From contig MFBU01000014.1 in NCBI GenBank assembly GCA_001775055.1, positions 59,833 through 118,534 of the forward strand: a stretch of 58,702 nucleotides of DNA. Direction: 5' to 3'. A program made the position numbers and the translations under genes. The DNA is from Candidatus Curtissbacteria bacterium RIFCSPLOWO2_02_41_11 (GTDB lineage Bacteria; Patescibacteriota; Microgenomatia; Curtissbacterales; GWA2-41-24). Below are positions 18,301-26,732 of the stretch, in pieces. Every line of letters starts with the position of its first letter. Position 1 is the first letter of the stretch. A model generated the notes under the pieces. That model worked only from the letters and a program-made list of their open reading frames with translations, ran no database searches and was not told where the DNA came from.

Positions 18301-18686
18301 GGCTTGGAGAAATGGAAGTTTGGGCACTGGAGGCATATGGGGCTGCTTACTCTTTGCAAGAAATGTTAACTATTAAATCTGATGATGTTGTAGGTCGTGC
18401 CAAAGCCTTTGAAGCAATCATTAAAGGGGAGGAGATTCCGCAGGCTCTAATCCCTGAATCATTCAAGGTATTAGTTAAGGAATTAAATAGCTTAAGTCTG
18501 AGTGTTAGCACAATTGGTGCCAAGACGATTGAGAAAGCCAAAATTAAACCACAGGAAGAGGAAGAAACCAAACGAGCTCAAGAATTTGCAAAAGTTGCTG
18601 GAGCGCAAGTGATCGCCCAAAGTTCGGAAATCGCCAAAAGTGACAGCGCTATGGAAGTTGAAGAGGTAGGAGGAACTGCCAGATGA
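15309..18686 (+). CDS. rpoB: DNA-directed RNA polymerase subunit beta
   Basis: 1125 aa. Conserved beta-subunit blocks, e.g. GNRRVR, NPLSEV, RLTVMGTGG, GDKLAGRHGNKGV, GGQRLGEMEVWALEAYGAA. GTG start. Confidence 0.98.
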   Translation: MTKRISWGQPSNINLPSLDLIQVQRESFSEFLDKGIREILNEVSPIEDFTGKNFTLTFGNYSFGKSKYGPQEAIEKGVTYDLPLKLEAQVVNKQTGGKNSQEVFLCDLPVMLEKGSFVINGIERAVVTQLVRAPGVYYSGEIDPQSGKMLYSCEIRPLHGSWLEFAITKNDLITVKIDRRRKFPVTTFLRAIGFSESQSIIKLFSFVKDEQAKKLLNNTFAKDTTTLQEEALLEIYRRMRPGDHVILDNAKSLLENMFFNPRRYSLGKVGRYKIEKRLKYIKDHLTIEAHQDKDSQILTPSDFVAAIVYLFELMAGRGRVDDIDHLGNRRVRRVGELVAQNAFRVGILRLERVIKERMSLTPTDTVPSPASLINARPIISAINEFFRSSQLSTILDQTNPLSEVDNLRRLTVMGTGGIARERAAFSIRDINHSQYSRICPIRSPEGPNIGLVTYMALYCRVNEYGFLEAPYRRVVKDKNGKAKVTDEIIYMAADDEENYHITHAQVPIDSKGYFWEESIPVRYKGEFTTASRDLVEFIDVVPRQVVGTSASLIPFLAHDEANRALMGTHMQCQAVPLIKPKAPIIGTGMEEIVGFNMGRVVKAPQDGEIVYVDSKKVILKTKPQGVAKSGEITFPINKFSRSPQSTCYSQRPRVVMRQKVKKGDVLIDGSATDESELALGQNLTIAYMSFDGLGYEDAIVISDRLSKEDILTSIHIEEYETTVVETKLGPEETTRDIPNVSEEDLAKLDENGIVVVGAEVRPNDILVGKIAPKGETELTAEERLLRTIFGEKAREVRDTSLRVPHGEKGTVIDVKILSRDKGDELEHGALAKIIVKVAQMRKVVVGDKLAGRHGNKGVISKIVPTSDMPHLADGTPIDIIISPLSVLSRMNLGQLLETHLGWAVHTLGYKVAMPVFEHVSEEKVIEELKRANLPEDGRITLYDGRTGLPFDRPIVVGNTYIMKLIHMVEDKTHARSTGPYSLITQQPLGGKAQMGGQRLGEMEVWALEAYGAAYSLQEMLTIKSDDVVGRAKAFEAIIKGEEIPQALIPESFKVLVKELNSLSLSVSTIGAKTIEKAKIKPQEEEETKRAQEFAKVAGAQVIAQSSEIAKSDSAMEVEEVGGTAR

Positions 18687-21600
18687 ATGAATTAATTGAT
18701 TTTGAAGCACTAAAGATAACACTGTCTTCTTCCGAAGATATCAAAACCTGGTCTTTTGGTGAGGTTACTAAACCGGAGACAATTAACTACCGAACCTTAA
18801 AGCCCGAAAAAGATGGCCTTTTTGATGAACGAATTTTTGGGCCAACAAAAGATTGGGAATGTTATTGCGGCAAATATAAGCGAATTAGATACAGGGGGAT
18901 TATTTGTGACAAATGCGGTGTCGAAGTAACCCAATCGCGAGTAAGACGTGAGCGCATGGGGCATATTACTCTAGCCGCTCCGGTAGTCCATAATTGGTTT
19001 TTCAAAGGAAGTCCTTCTAAATTAGGTTTAATTTTGGATCTTTCTCCCCGAAGCTTGGATGCGGTTGTCTATTTTGCTTCATATTTGGCAATTGAAGTAG
19101 CTGACGAAGTTAAGAAACAAGTCATTAAAAAATTAAATGGAGAGCTTGAAAAGAAACGCAAAGAAGGGCAGTTGGAACTCAAGAAGAAGTTGGAAGAGCA
19201 GGAAAAAGAAGCTCAAAAGGAGATTTCGAAAATTAAGACTGGGGGTAAGGTTAAAGAGCAAACGGATTTGAAGATAGAAGAGGCTAGACTGTCGATGCGC
19301 CAAAGACAGGCAAAACTCCGTGATGAGAATGCTGTGGAGATCTTGCGGCTTGAGGAAATCTACAAAAATATTACCGATATGGTTTCTTCGATTAAACCCC
19401 TGGATATTCTTTCGGAGGAAGAGTATTTGAAACTAGCCGATTATAATGCCGAAGGTTTCCTCAAAGTTGGTATGGGGGCTGAAGCTTTATATCAGGTTCT
19501 TGAAAAAATCGATTTAGCCGAGCTTTCCATAAAGCTGCGTGAAGAAATACTCAGGGCAACCGGCCAAAAGTACATTAGAGCTACCAAAAAACTTCGGGTT
19601 GTCGAAAGCATGAAAAAATCCGGTATTTTGCCAACTTGGATGATAGTCAAAATTTTGCCGGTTTTACCGCCGGATTTAAGACCAATGGTCCAGCTTTCTG
19701 GGGGCAGATTTGCCACTTCTGACCTTAATGACCTTTACCGAAGAGTTATTAACAGAAACAACCGACTCAAAAAATTAATTGAATTGGGTGCACCGGAAAT
19801 AATCTTGCGCAATGAAAAAAGGATGTTGCAGGAGGCTGTTGATGCTCTTATTGATTCCCAGCGCATTAAATCAACCAGAGCATCTCAGGAGCTGAGATCT
19901 CTTTCCGATATGCTTCGGGGTAAACAGGGAAGATTTAGGCAAAATTTGTTGGGTAAACGTGTCGACTATTCAGGCAGATCGGTAATTGTAGTTGGACCGG
20001 AATTAACCTTAAATCAGGCGGGTATTCCTAAAGAAATGGCTCTTGAGATGTTTAAACCTTTTGTTCTTCGCGAAGTCATTGCCAAAGGGTACGCACCAAA
20101 TGTCAAAAGCGCCAAACATTATCTTGAGCGCAGAAGTGGTGAAGTCTGGGATATTTTAGAGGAAGTTACCAAAAACCATCCTATTCTTTTAAATAGAGCG
20201 CCGACTCTTCATCGTTTGGGGATTCAGGCATTTTACCCAATCTTAATAGAAGGTGATGCCATTAGAATCCATCCTTGTATTTGTGCCGGTTTTAATGCCG
20301 ATTTTGACGGTGACCAAATGGCTGTGCATGTGCCGCTCTCTGCCAAATCAAAAGAAGAAGCGGCTAACTTAATGGTAGCAGGCAAAAACTTACTGCGACC
20401 TGCTGACGGTTCACCAATAACCTTACCCAATAAGGAAATGGCGCTGGGAGTATATTACCTGACATCTCAGGATGCCCAGAGTTCTGAGTATCAAAATGTC
20501 TTCGCAAATGAACTGGATGTCATTTTGGCTTTGAATTCCGGCAAGATCAGGCTTAGGCAGCCGATAAAAATGAAAGCCGCAGGCGAAGTCATCGAGACAA
20601 CAGCAGGTAGGGTTCTATTTAACATGCAACTGCCCGAAGTCCTTCGTTTTATCAATGAAGCAGTCAGCGCTTCAACCATCAAAAGGTTAATTTCGGTGGC
20701 TATTGATCAGCTTAGCGAAGCTGAAGTTATTGATCTTATTGACAGGCTCAAAGGTTTTGGTTTTGAAGGAGCGACGTTTTCTGGCCTTTCGGTATCGGTT
20801 TTTGACTGTATGATTGTCGATGAGAAAAAACAAATTCTTCAAAAGGCAGAAAAAGAGGTTGAGGCTATTGAGAAGAATTTTAGACAGGGACTAATTACCA
20901 AAGATGAACAAAAGCGCCTCTCACAAGAAGTTTGGCTTTCAGTTACCAATAATTTGGCAGATTTAACTTGGAAGAGCTTGCCAAAGGATAACTCAATTAA
21001 AATTATTTCCGATTCAGGCGGTTCTCGGGCTACTGCCGAACAAATAAAACAGTTGGCAGCAATTCGTGGTCTAGTAACCGATCCGTCAGGCCAAATTGTA
21101 CCCCTTCCAGTAAAGTCAAATTTTAGAGAAGGGCTTTCAGTTTTTGAGTACTTTACTTCTGCCCGAGGTGCCAGAAAAGGTTTAGCCGATCGGGCTATTA
21201 AGACTGCCGAGAGCGGATATTTAACCAGGAGATTGGTTGATGTAGCTCATGATGCAATTATTAGAGTGGAAGACTGCGCAACTCATGAGGGAATTATTAT
21301 TTCCAAAAACGACCGTCGCTTAGCATCATTTACTGCAAGACTAGTAGGTAGAGTAACAGCCGCCGACATAATTTTTTCAAAGACTAAAAAAGTTTTGGTT
21401 AAGGCTGGTAGTCTTATTGATGAGCAAATGGCATCTGAAATAGAAAAAAACGGTTTTGAGGAAATTCTAGTCAGGTCTGTTCTTGCCTGTGAAGCTAAAT
21501 ACGGCTTATGTGCTATGTGTTATGGAAAGGATTTGGTTACCAGAAATTTAGTAGCAATTGGAACACCGGTTGGGGTCATTGCCGCCCAAAGTATTGGTGA

Positions 21601-22366
21601 GCCTGGCACTCAGTTGACAATGAGGACATTTCATACCGGTGGTATTGTCGGTTTGGACATTACCCAGGGTTTGCCGAGAGTAGAGGAACTTTTTGAAGCC
21701 AGGATGCCAAAGTTTGCTGCGGCTATTTCAGACATCACCGGTAAGATTAAAATTGAAGAATCTCCTCAAGGATTTCTGATTAAAATTAAAAGTACCAATC
21801 TCAAACCGCCGGTTGAACGTGAGTATTTTGTCCCGCCAACTTCGGAACTAACTGTTTCTAATGGTCAGCTAGTTACTGCCGGAATGCCCCTCTCAAGCGG
21901 CTATTTGGATGTTAAGGAAATTCTGGCAGTTTCCGGACTGCGCGCTGCCCAAAAATACATCACCAGTGGAGCTCAAGAGGTTTATGAAAGCCAGGGAGTA
22001 ACTATTAATGATAAACATTTCGAAGCCATTGTGCGAAAAATGAGTGACAAAGTTAGGATTGAATCGCCCGGCGATACGGTCCTTTTACCTGGAGAGCTAA
22101 TTGATAAAAATCGTTTTGAGGAAGAAAACGCTAAGGTTCTCGCAGAAGGCGGGGAGCCGGCAACTGCGCAAGTAATCATCCTGGGAATTACCAGGGCAGC
22201 TCTTTATACCGAGAGTTTTCTTTCAGCCGCTTCATTCCAAGAGACAACCAGGGTCTTGACCGATGCTGCTATTGAGGGCAAAGTGGATAATCTCCTTGGT
22301 CTTAAAGAAAACGTCATTATCGGAAGACTCATACCAACATCGCCCGAAAGGGCGCAGATACAATGA
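18683..22366 (+). CDS. rpoC: DNA-directed RNA polymerase subunit beta'
   Basis: 1227 aa. Zn-finger CYCGKY...CDKCGVEV, catalytic NADFDGDQMAVH, LNRAPTLHRLGIQAF. ATGA overlap with rpoB. Confidence 0.98.
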   Translation: MNELIDFEALKITLSSSEDIKTWSFGEVTKPETINYRTLKPEKDGLFDERIFGPTKDWECYCGKYKRIRYRGIICDKCGVEVTQSRVRRERMGHITLAAPVVHNWFFKGSPSKLGLILDLSPRSLDAVVYFASYLAIEVADEVKKQVIKKLNGELEKKRKEGQLELKKKLEEQEKEAQKEISKIKTGGKVKEQTDLKIEEARLSMRQRQAKLRDENAVEILRLEEIYKNITDMVSSIKPLDILSEEEYLKLADYNAEGFLKVGMGAEALYQVLEKIDLAELSIKLREEILRATGQKYIRATKKLRVVESMKKSGILPTWMIVKILPVLPPDLRPMVQLSGGRFATSDLNDLYRRVINRNNRLKKLIELGAPEIILRNEKRMLQEAVDALIDSQRIKSTRASQELRSLSDMLRGKQGRFRQNLLGKRVDYSGRSVIVVGPELTLNQAGIPKEMALEMFKPFVLREVIAKGYAPNVKSAKHYLERRSGEVWDILEEVTKNHPILLNRAPTLHRLGIQAFYPILIEGDAIRIHPCICAGFNADFDGDQMAVHVPLSAKSKEEAANLMVAGKNLLRPADGSPITLPNKEMALGVYYLTSQDAQSSEYQNVFANELDVILALNSGKIRLRQPIKMKAAGEVIETTAGRVLFNMQLPEVLRFINEAVSASTIKRLISVAIDQLSEAEVIDLIDRLKGFGFEGATFSGLSVSVFDCMIVDEKKQILQKAEKEVEAIEKNFRQGLITKDEQKRLSQEVWLSVTNNLADLTWKSLPKDNSIKIISDSGGSRATAEQIKQLAAIRGLVTDPSGQIVPLPVKSNFREGLSVFEYFTSARGARKGLADRAIKTAESGYLTRRLVDVAHDAIIRVEDCATHEGIIISKNDRRLASFTARLVGRVTAADIIFSKTKKVLVKAGSLIDEQMASEIEKNGFEEILVRSVLACEAKYGLCAMCYGKDLVTRNLVAIGTPVGVIAAQSIGEPGTQLTMRTFHTGGIVGLDITQGLPRVEELFEARMPKFAAAISDITGKIKIEESPQGFLIKIKSTNLKPPVEREYFVPPTSELTVSNGQLVTAGMPLSSGYLDVKEILAVSGLRAAQKYITSGAQEVYESQGVTINDKHFEAIVRKMSDKVRIESPGDTVLLPGELIDKNRFEEENAKVLAEGGEPATAQVIILGITRAALYTESFLSAASFQETTRVLTDAAIEGKVDNLLGLKENVIIGRLIPTSPERAQIQ

Positions 22367-22377
22367 GTCTAAAGATA

Positions 22378-22399
22378 ATATCAGACGAAGTGCTGATAT
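22378..22399 (+). repeat. ATATCAG/CTGATAT palindromic element A (minimal form)
   Basis: atatcag-acgaagtg-ctgatat. Lies between the rpoC stop and the relic rpoC 3' end. Confidence 0.65.
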
Positions 22400-22448
22400 A
22401 ATTGGCCGATTGATTCCAACCAGCCCTGAACGTGCAAGGATTCAGTAA
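22398..22448 (+). pseudogene. relic second copy of the rpoC 3' end
   Basis: Encodes IIGRLIPTSPERARIQ* vs authentic IIGRLIPTSPERAQIQ* (22316..22366). Almost every codon differs synonymously. It is in a different frame from rpoC. Confidence 0.8.
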
Positions 22449-22469
22449 ACCGGTCAATTCTGATATAAT
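22441..22469 (+). promoter_or_regulatory. putative rpsL promoter (extended -10)
   Basis: TGaTATAAT at 22461..22469 with a weak -35 TTCAGT 17 nt upstream. A second TGATATAAT lies at 22394..22402 inside element A. Confidence 0.45.
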
Positions 22470-22492
22470 CTGAAGATCAATTGGAGCATAGT

Positions 22493-22987
22493 ATGCCGAC
22501 AGTTAATCAACTTATAAGAAAAGGTCGAAAGTCAAAGCCAAAAAGAATAAGAGCAACGGCGCTTCGCCGTGCTTTTAACACGCATAAAAATAGGTACGTT
22601 TATTATCCTTCCGGTCAAAAAAGAGGTGTTTGCGTGGTTGTTAAAACCATGACACCCAAAAAACCGAATTCGGCGCTTAGAAAAGTTGCCAGAGTCCGTC
22701 TTTCCAATAAGCAAGAAGTAACTGCTTATATTCCAGGAATTGGCCATGAACTGGCCGAGCATTCGGTTGTTTTAATTCGCGGTGGCAGAGTTAGGGATTT
22801 ACCCGGAGTTAAATACCACATAATTCGAGGTAAATACGATACCACTGGTGTTGTTGGCAGGAAACAAGGACGCTCTTTATACGGTACTAAAATATCGGGT
22901 GCAGTTACGGGAGCCCAAGCGGCAGCAACTGTTGGTCAGGCGGCAGCAGTCTCACAGGCTCAAGTCGAAGCACCAGCAGAAGGCTAA
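22493..22987 (+). CDS. rpsL: 30S ribosomal protein S12 with about 30-aa Ala/Gln-rich C-terminal extension
   Basis: [13 protein letters not shown]...[15 protein letters not shown]...[20 protein letters not shown] 22493 is preceded by ggag. Confidence 0.95.
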   Translation: MPTVNQLIRKGRKSKPKRIRATALRRAFNTHKNRYVYYPSGQKRGVCVVVKTMTPKKPNSALRKVARVRLSNKQEVTAYIPGIGHELAEHSVVLIRGGRVRDLPGVKYHIIRGKYDTTGVVGRKQGRSLYGTKISGAVTGAQAAATVGQAAAVSQAQVEAPAEG

Positions 22988-23095
22988 TTTAAAAAGTAAA
23001 AATGAAAAAGGAAAAAGTAAATTTTCAATTTTCACTTGCCGAAAGCAACGCAAAGCTTTTCAATTTTCAATTTTGCGACCGAAGGGAGCATTATT

Positions 23096-23590
23096 GTGCC
23101 ACGAACTGGTAAGGTTGAAAAAAGACAAATTGCGCCAGATCCAATCTATCAAAGTCCTCAAGTTGCCAAGCTTGTTAATAAACTGATGATTTCCGGTAAG
23201 AAAGCTTTGGCGCAAAGAATTATTTATGAAGCTTTTAAATTAATTGCCAAAAAAGATAAAGATCCACTGGCGACATTTGAAAAGGCTCTGGAAAATGTTA
23301 CACCCAAAATGGAAGTTCGGCCAAGAAGAGTCGGTGGAGCTTCTTACATGGTCCCGATGGAAGTTAGAGGTGTCAGAAGAATGTCGCTTGCCATTTCTTG
23401 GTTGGTTGTTGCAGCCAGAAGCCGCACCCCTAGTGAAGTAGAAAAGCTTAAGAATAAACCGCTGATGATTTCTAAACTTACAGCCGAGATTTTAGATGCT
23501 GCCGAAGGCACTGGAAAGGCAGTTGCCAAAAGGGAAGAAATGCACCGCATGGCTGAGGCAAACAAAGCGTTCGCACACTTCAGGTGGTGA
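23096..23590 (+). CDS. rpsG: 30S ribosomal protein S7
   Basis: VPRTGKVEKRQIAPDPIY...MEVRPRRVGGASYMVP...ANKAFAHFRW. GTG 23096 follows gaagggag. The ORF track start at 23036 is probably too early. Confidence 0.95.
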   Translation: MPRTGKVEKRQIAPDPIYQSPQVAKLVNKLMISGKKALAQRIIYEAFKLIAKKDKDPLATFEKALENVTPKMEVRPRRVGGASYMVPMEVRGVRRMSLAISWLVVAARSRTPSEVEKLKNKPLMISKLTAEILDAAEGTGKAVAKREEMHRMAEANKAFAHFRW

Positions 23591-23602
23591 ACGAACGCTT
23601 TG
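23563..23602 (+). other. perfect 11-bp inverted repeat enclosing the rpsG stop codon
   Basis: caaagcgttcg (23563..23573) pairs with cgaacgctttg (23592..23602). The loop contains ...agg tgg tga. Confidence 0.7.
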
Positions 23603-23675
23603 TGCAGTCCTCCTAAATTTGCTCCTCGAGCCGTCTATGGATAATAGTGAAAAGGCGAGAGGTAAGAATTGGAGG

Positions 23676-23708
23676 GCAAATAAGGCTTTCGCACATTTTC
23701 GTTGGTAA
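23676..23708 (+). pseudogene. relic copy 2 of the rpsG 3' end
   Basis: gca aat aag gct ttc gca cat ttt cgt tgg taa = ANKAFAHFRW*. Identical peptide to the authentic end, with synonymous differences. Confidence 0.8.
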
Positions 23709-23783
23709 CGAAAATACTTGCAACTGCCTTGCGAGTACTGCGCTTGCTATCTAGATCGTTGTCAGATAGCACTCCGTACTCTA

Positions 23784-23810
23784 AAGGCTTTTGCCCACTT
23801 TCGTTGGTAA
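23784..23810 (+). pseudogene. relic copy 3 of the rpsG 3' end
   Basis: aag gct ttt gcc cac ttt cgt tgg taa = KAFAHFRW*. Confidence 0.75.
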
Positions 23811-23921
23811 TAGACTACTCGCCACAAATTCACCCAATGTGCTATAATCTGCGCTTAGTTTTGATTATTGTCAACAAGGCTATTTTTCTGCTTAAATAAA
23901 ATTTGTTAAGGATATTTGAAT

Positions 23922-24215
23922 ATGGTGCAAGCTAAAGCTCAAAAATTAAAACAATTAAAAAACAGGCTCAAAGAGCTTGAAGAAGTCAAGCTCAAAGAGG
24001 CGCTGGCCAAATATGGCGAGGCCTACCAAGAGTCCGGTTCGGCCTGGAATGAAAATGCTGCCTGGGAGCTTGCGGATGAAGAAGTTTCGGTACTTCGTGC
24101 AATGATTACCGAAATCAAAAATGAAATCAGAAATCTTGAGCATCCGGCAATTTCCCAGCTTAACGTTGAACCTCAAACTTCAAAAGCTGGTAAAAAATAT
24201 TCCAATTCCAAATAA
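23922..24215 (+). CDS. small coiled-coil protein resembling the GreA/GreB N-terminal domain only
   Basis: GEAYQESGSAWNENAAWELADEEVSVLRAMITEIKNEI parallels the GreA pattern (..GD..ENAEY.AA.E.Q....I..I). There is no C-terminal domain. aagga SD lies 8 nt before the ATG. TGcTATAAT at 23839..23847 lies upstream. Confidence 0.45.
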   Translation: MVQAKAQKLKQLKNRLKELEEVKLKEALAKYGEAYQESGSAWNENAAWELADEEVSVLRAMITEIKNEIRNLEHPAISQLNVEPQTSKAGKKYSNSK

Positions 24216-24228
24216 GACAGAAACTGCC

Positions 24229-24279
24229 ATGACACAGAAACAAAATAGACTGTATCCGCTTGACCGAATTCGCAATATA
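24229..24279 (+). pseudogene. relic copy of the fusA 5' end
   Basis: MTQKQNRLYPLDRIRNI vs authentic [17 protein letters not shown] (24374..). Divergence is synonymous. Homology stops exactly where palindromic element B begins. Confidence 0.75.
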
Positions 24280-24339
24280 TCAGCAGGTCGCCTTGGCACA
24301 ATTCTTCGAATTCGTGCCAAGGGCGCTCCTCTGATATAT
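24275..24339 (+). repeat. ATATCAG/CTGATAT palindromic element B
   Basis: atatatcagcaggtcgcc-[ttggcac aattc ttc gaatt c gtgccaa]-gggcgctcctctgatatat. The outer arms are the reverse complement of those in element C. The inner hairpin differs. Confidence 0.75.
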
Positions 24340-24373
24340 TGCTTGTTAGACTCGATGTCGAAAGGAGTTAATC

Positions 24374-26503
24374 ATGCCTGATAAAAACTCTCGACTATAT
24401 CCATTAGAAAGAATACGCAATATTGGTATTATTGCCCATATTGACGCGGGCAAAACCACGACAACTGAACGAATCCTTTTTTATACAGGCAAGACTTATA
24501 AACTGGGCAACATCGATGAAGGTAGCACCGTAACCGATTGGATGGCCCAGGAGAAAGAAAGAGGAATCACCATTGTATCGGCAGCAGTTACCACCTTCTG
24601 GATACCAAAAGAAGGTCCCTTTGCCGGTACTGAAACTCGGATTAATATCATTGATACTCCGGGTCACGTTGACTTTACGGCCGAGGTTGAAAGGTCACTT
24701 CGCGTTTTGGATGGTGGTGTAACAGTTTTAGACGCCGAGGAAGGCGTTCAATCGCAATCGGAAACAGTTTGGCGTCAGGCCGACAAATACAAAGTACCCC
24801 GAATTTGCTTTATCAACAAAATGGATAAAATGGGGGCAGACTATTTTGCCACTCTTAAATCAATCCGTGAGCGCCTTGGGGCTCCGGCCTGCCCATATAA
24901 TTTGCCATTAGGCCGCGAAAATGAATTTCAGGGAATCATTGACCTTTTGACTCAAAAAGCCTACGTCTGGAAAGACGAAACTGGTATGAAATTTGAAGAA
25001 ATTCCCATTCCAGAAGAGGAAAAGGCCAATGTTGAAAAATATCGGCACGAGCTTGTGGAAAAGATTGCCGAAAATGACGATACTTTACTCGAAAAATATT
25101 TAAAAGGCGAGCAAATTGAGACCGACGAGCTTAAGAAAGCTTTGAGGAAAGCCGTTATTACCTATAAAATCGTCCCGGTTTTGGCAGGTTCCAGTCTTCG
25201 CAATAAAGGAGTCCAGCCGCTTCTTGATGCAGTTGTTGATTATTTACCATCACCTCCAGATATTGTCGAGATTCAAGGAATTAATCCGAAAACCGGCGGA
25301 AAGGAAGTTCGTAAGCAAACTATAGATGCTCCTTTCTGCGGTTTGGCTTTCAAAATCCAAATTGATCCGCATGTCGGCAAACTTACTTATGTGCGAATTT
25401 ATTCCGGTACTTTAAAATCCGGGACTTCGGTTTTAAACGCCACTAGACACGATCGTGAAAGAATTGGCCGAATTCTTTTGATGCATGCCAATACCAGGGA
25501 AGAAATTGCTGAAAGCTATGCCGGAGAAATTATTGCTATTGTCGGACTCAAAAACACGGCCACAGGCGATACTCTTTGCAATGAGGCCGCTCCGATAATC
25601 TTAGAAACTATATCCTTTCCCGAACCGGTTATTTCCATGGCCATCGAACCTAATACCAAAGCGGATCAAGAAAAACTAGGTTACGCCTTAGGCAGGCTTA
25701 GTGAGGAAGATCCTACTTTTAAAATTAAAAGCGATTTTGAAACCGGTCAAACGATTATTTCCGGTATGGGCGAACTTCACTTAGAAATTTTGGTTGATCG
25801 TATGAAGCGCGAATTTGCGGTTGACGCCAAAGTCGGCAGACCTCAAGTTGCCTATAAAGAAACCATCGCAGGGCAAGCAACAGGTGAAGGTAAATACATT
25901 AGGCAATCCGGAGGCAGGGGTCAGTACGGCCATTGTTTCCTGCGGGTCGAACCTAAACCCCGCGGCGAAGGCTACGAATTTAAATCCGAAATCAAAGGCG
26001 GGGCGATTCCACAAGAATTTATACCGTCTGTTGAGAAGGGCGTTCGCGAAAAAATGGATATGGGTGTTTTAGCGGGTTTTCCGATGGTTGATATGAAAGT
26101 TGCTGTTTATGACGGAACTTATCACGATGTCGATTCTTCGGATATTGCCTTTAAAATCGCAGGAAGCTTGGCGCTCGAAGCGGCCGCCAAAAAAGCAGGC
26201 CTTACTCTTCTTGAGCCGATTATGAAAGTTGAAGTAACCATTCCTGAACAGTTCATGGGAGATGTTATTGGCGATTTATCGGCAAAACGGGCTCAAATTC
26301 TTTCAAGCGAACACCACGGCAAAAGTGTCATCATTACTGCTTTGGTACCACTTTCGGAAATGTCCGGATATGTGACAACTTTACGTTCTATGACTCAAGG
26401 CAGAGGTTCTGTCTATATGGAACCTTCTCACTACGAAGAAGTCCCCCAAAATATTGCAGATAAAATAGTGGCGAAAGCGAAAGGGGAGAGTAAAGAAAGC
26501 TAG
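24374..26503 (+). CDS. fusA: elongation factor G
   Basis: [38 protein letters not shown]. 709 aa. Confidence 0.98.
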   Translation: MPDKNSRLYPLERIRNIGIIAHIDAGKTTTTERILFYTGKTYKLGNIDEGSTVTDWMAQEKERGITIVSAAVTTFWIPKEGPFAGTETRINIIDTPGHVDFTAEVERSLRVLDGGVTVLDAEEGVQSQSETVWRQADKYKVPRICFINKMDKMGADYFATLKSIRERLGAPACPYNLPLGRENEFQGIIDLLTQKAYVWKDETGMKFEEIPIPEEEKANVEKYRHELVEKIAENDDTLLEKYLKGEQIETDELKKALRKAVITYKIVPVLAGSSLRNKGVQPLLDAVVDYLPSPPDIVEIQGINPKTGGKEVRKQTIDAPFCGLAFKIQIDPHVGKLTYVRIYSGTLKSGTSVLNATRHDRERIGRILLMHANTREEIAESYAGEIIAIVGLKNTATGDTLCNEAAPIILETISFPEPVISMAIEPNTKADQEKLGYALGRLSEEDPTFKIKSDFETGQTIISGMGELHLEILVDRMKREFAVDAKVGRPQVAYKETIAGQATGEGKYIRQSGGRGQYGHCFLRVEPKPRGEGYEFKSEIKGGAIPQEFIPSVEKGVREKMDMGVLAGFPMVDMKVAVYDGTYHDVDSSDIAFKIAGSLALEAAAKKAGLTLLEPIMKVEVTIPEQFMGDVIGDLSAKRAQILSSEHHGKSVIITALVPLSEMSGYVTTLRSMTQGRGSVYMEPSHYEEVPQNIADKIVAKAKGESKES

Positions 26504-26530
26504 CAAATTATAGGTGTACCACGAGTGGTC

Positions 26531-26608
26531 AGAGTATCAAGAGTACCACAAGCTTTTTAAGTTTTAAGCTCGTGATACCCGCGGTACTTTTAAAACCTTT
26601 GATACTCT
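26531..26608 (+). other. long imperfect hairpin downstream of fusA
   Basis: agagtatcaa (26531..26540) pairs perfectly with ttgatactct (26599..26608). An inner stem gtaccacaagc/gctcgtgatac is built from repeated words gtaccac/gtatcaa. Confidence 0.55.
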
Positions 26609-26732
26609 TAAATTCACCTCTTGCATTAGCCTGCCAAAATAGTATAAACTAGGCATTACAATCAGTCTAACTGACTGATGTTTTATTGCAATCAAAATTA
26701 CCCAAATTTCGAAGAAATTTGGATTTGACGGC

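Noticed and set aside
15474-22179. Numerous antisense or out-of-frame ORFs inside rpoB and rpoC (e.g. 17445..17918, 17450..17851, 16962..17282, 19492..19716)
   Set aside because: They are embedded entirely in very strongly supported conserved genes. They show the biased, low-complexity composition typical of shadow ORFs.
22263-22448. 61-aa ORF overlapping the rpoC end
   Set aside because: It runs out of frame across the rpoC 3' region. Its only meaningful part is the relic rpoC C-terminus (22398..22448). I treat it as a relic, not a gene.
18683-23590. Alternative genetic code (UGA recoding, as in some CPR lineages)
   Set aside because: TGA terminates rpoC, rpsG, rplF and others exactly at the expected protein ends. 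Conserved genes contain no in-frame TGA, so the standard bacterial code applies.
23496-23899. ORFs 23496..23708 and 23702..23899 downstream of and overlapping rpsG
   Set aside because: The first is an alternative frame of rpsG that happens to run into relic copy 2. The second crosses relic copy 3 in the wrong frame. Neither has an RBS or a motif.
24121-24381. 86-aa ORF upstream of fusA
   Set aside because: It is a composite of the tail of the GreA-like ORF region, the relic fusA start and palindromic element B read through as codons. It is not a plausible protein.
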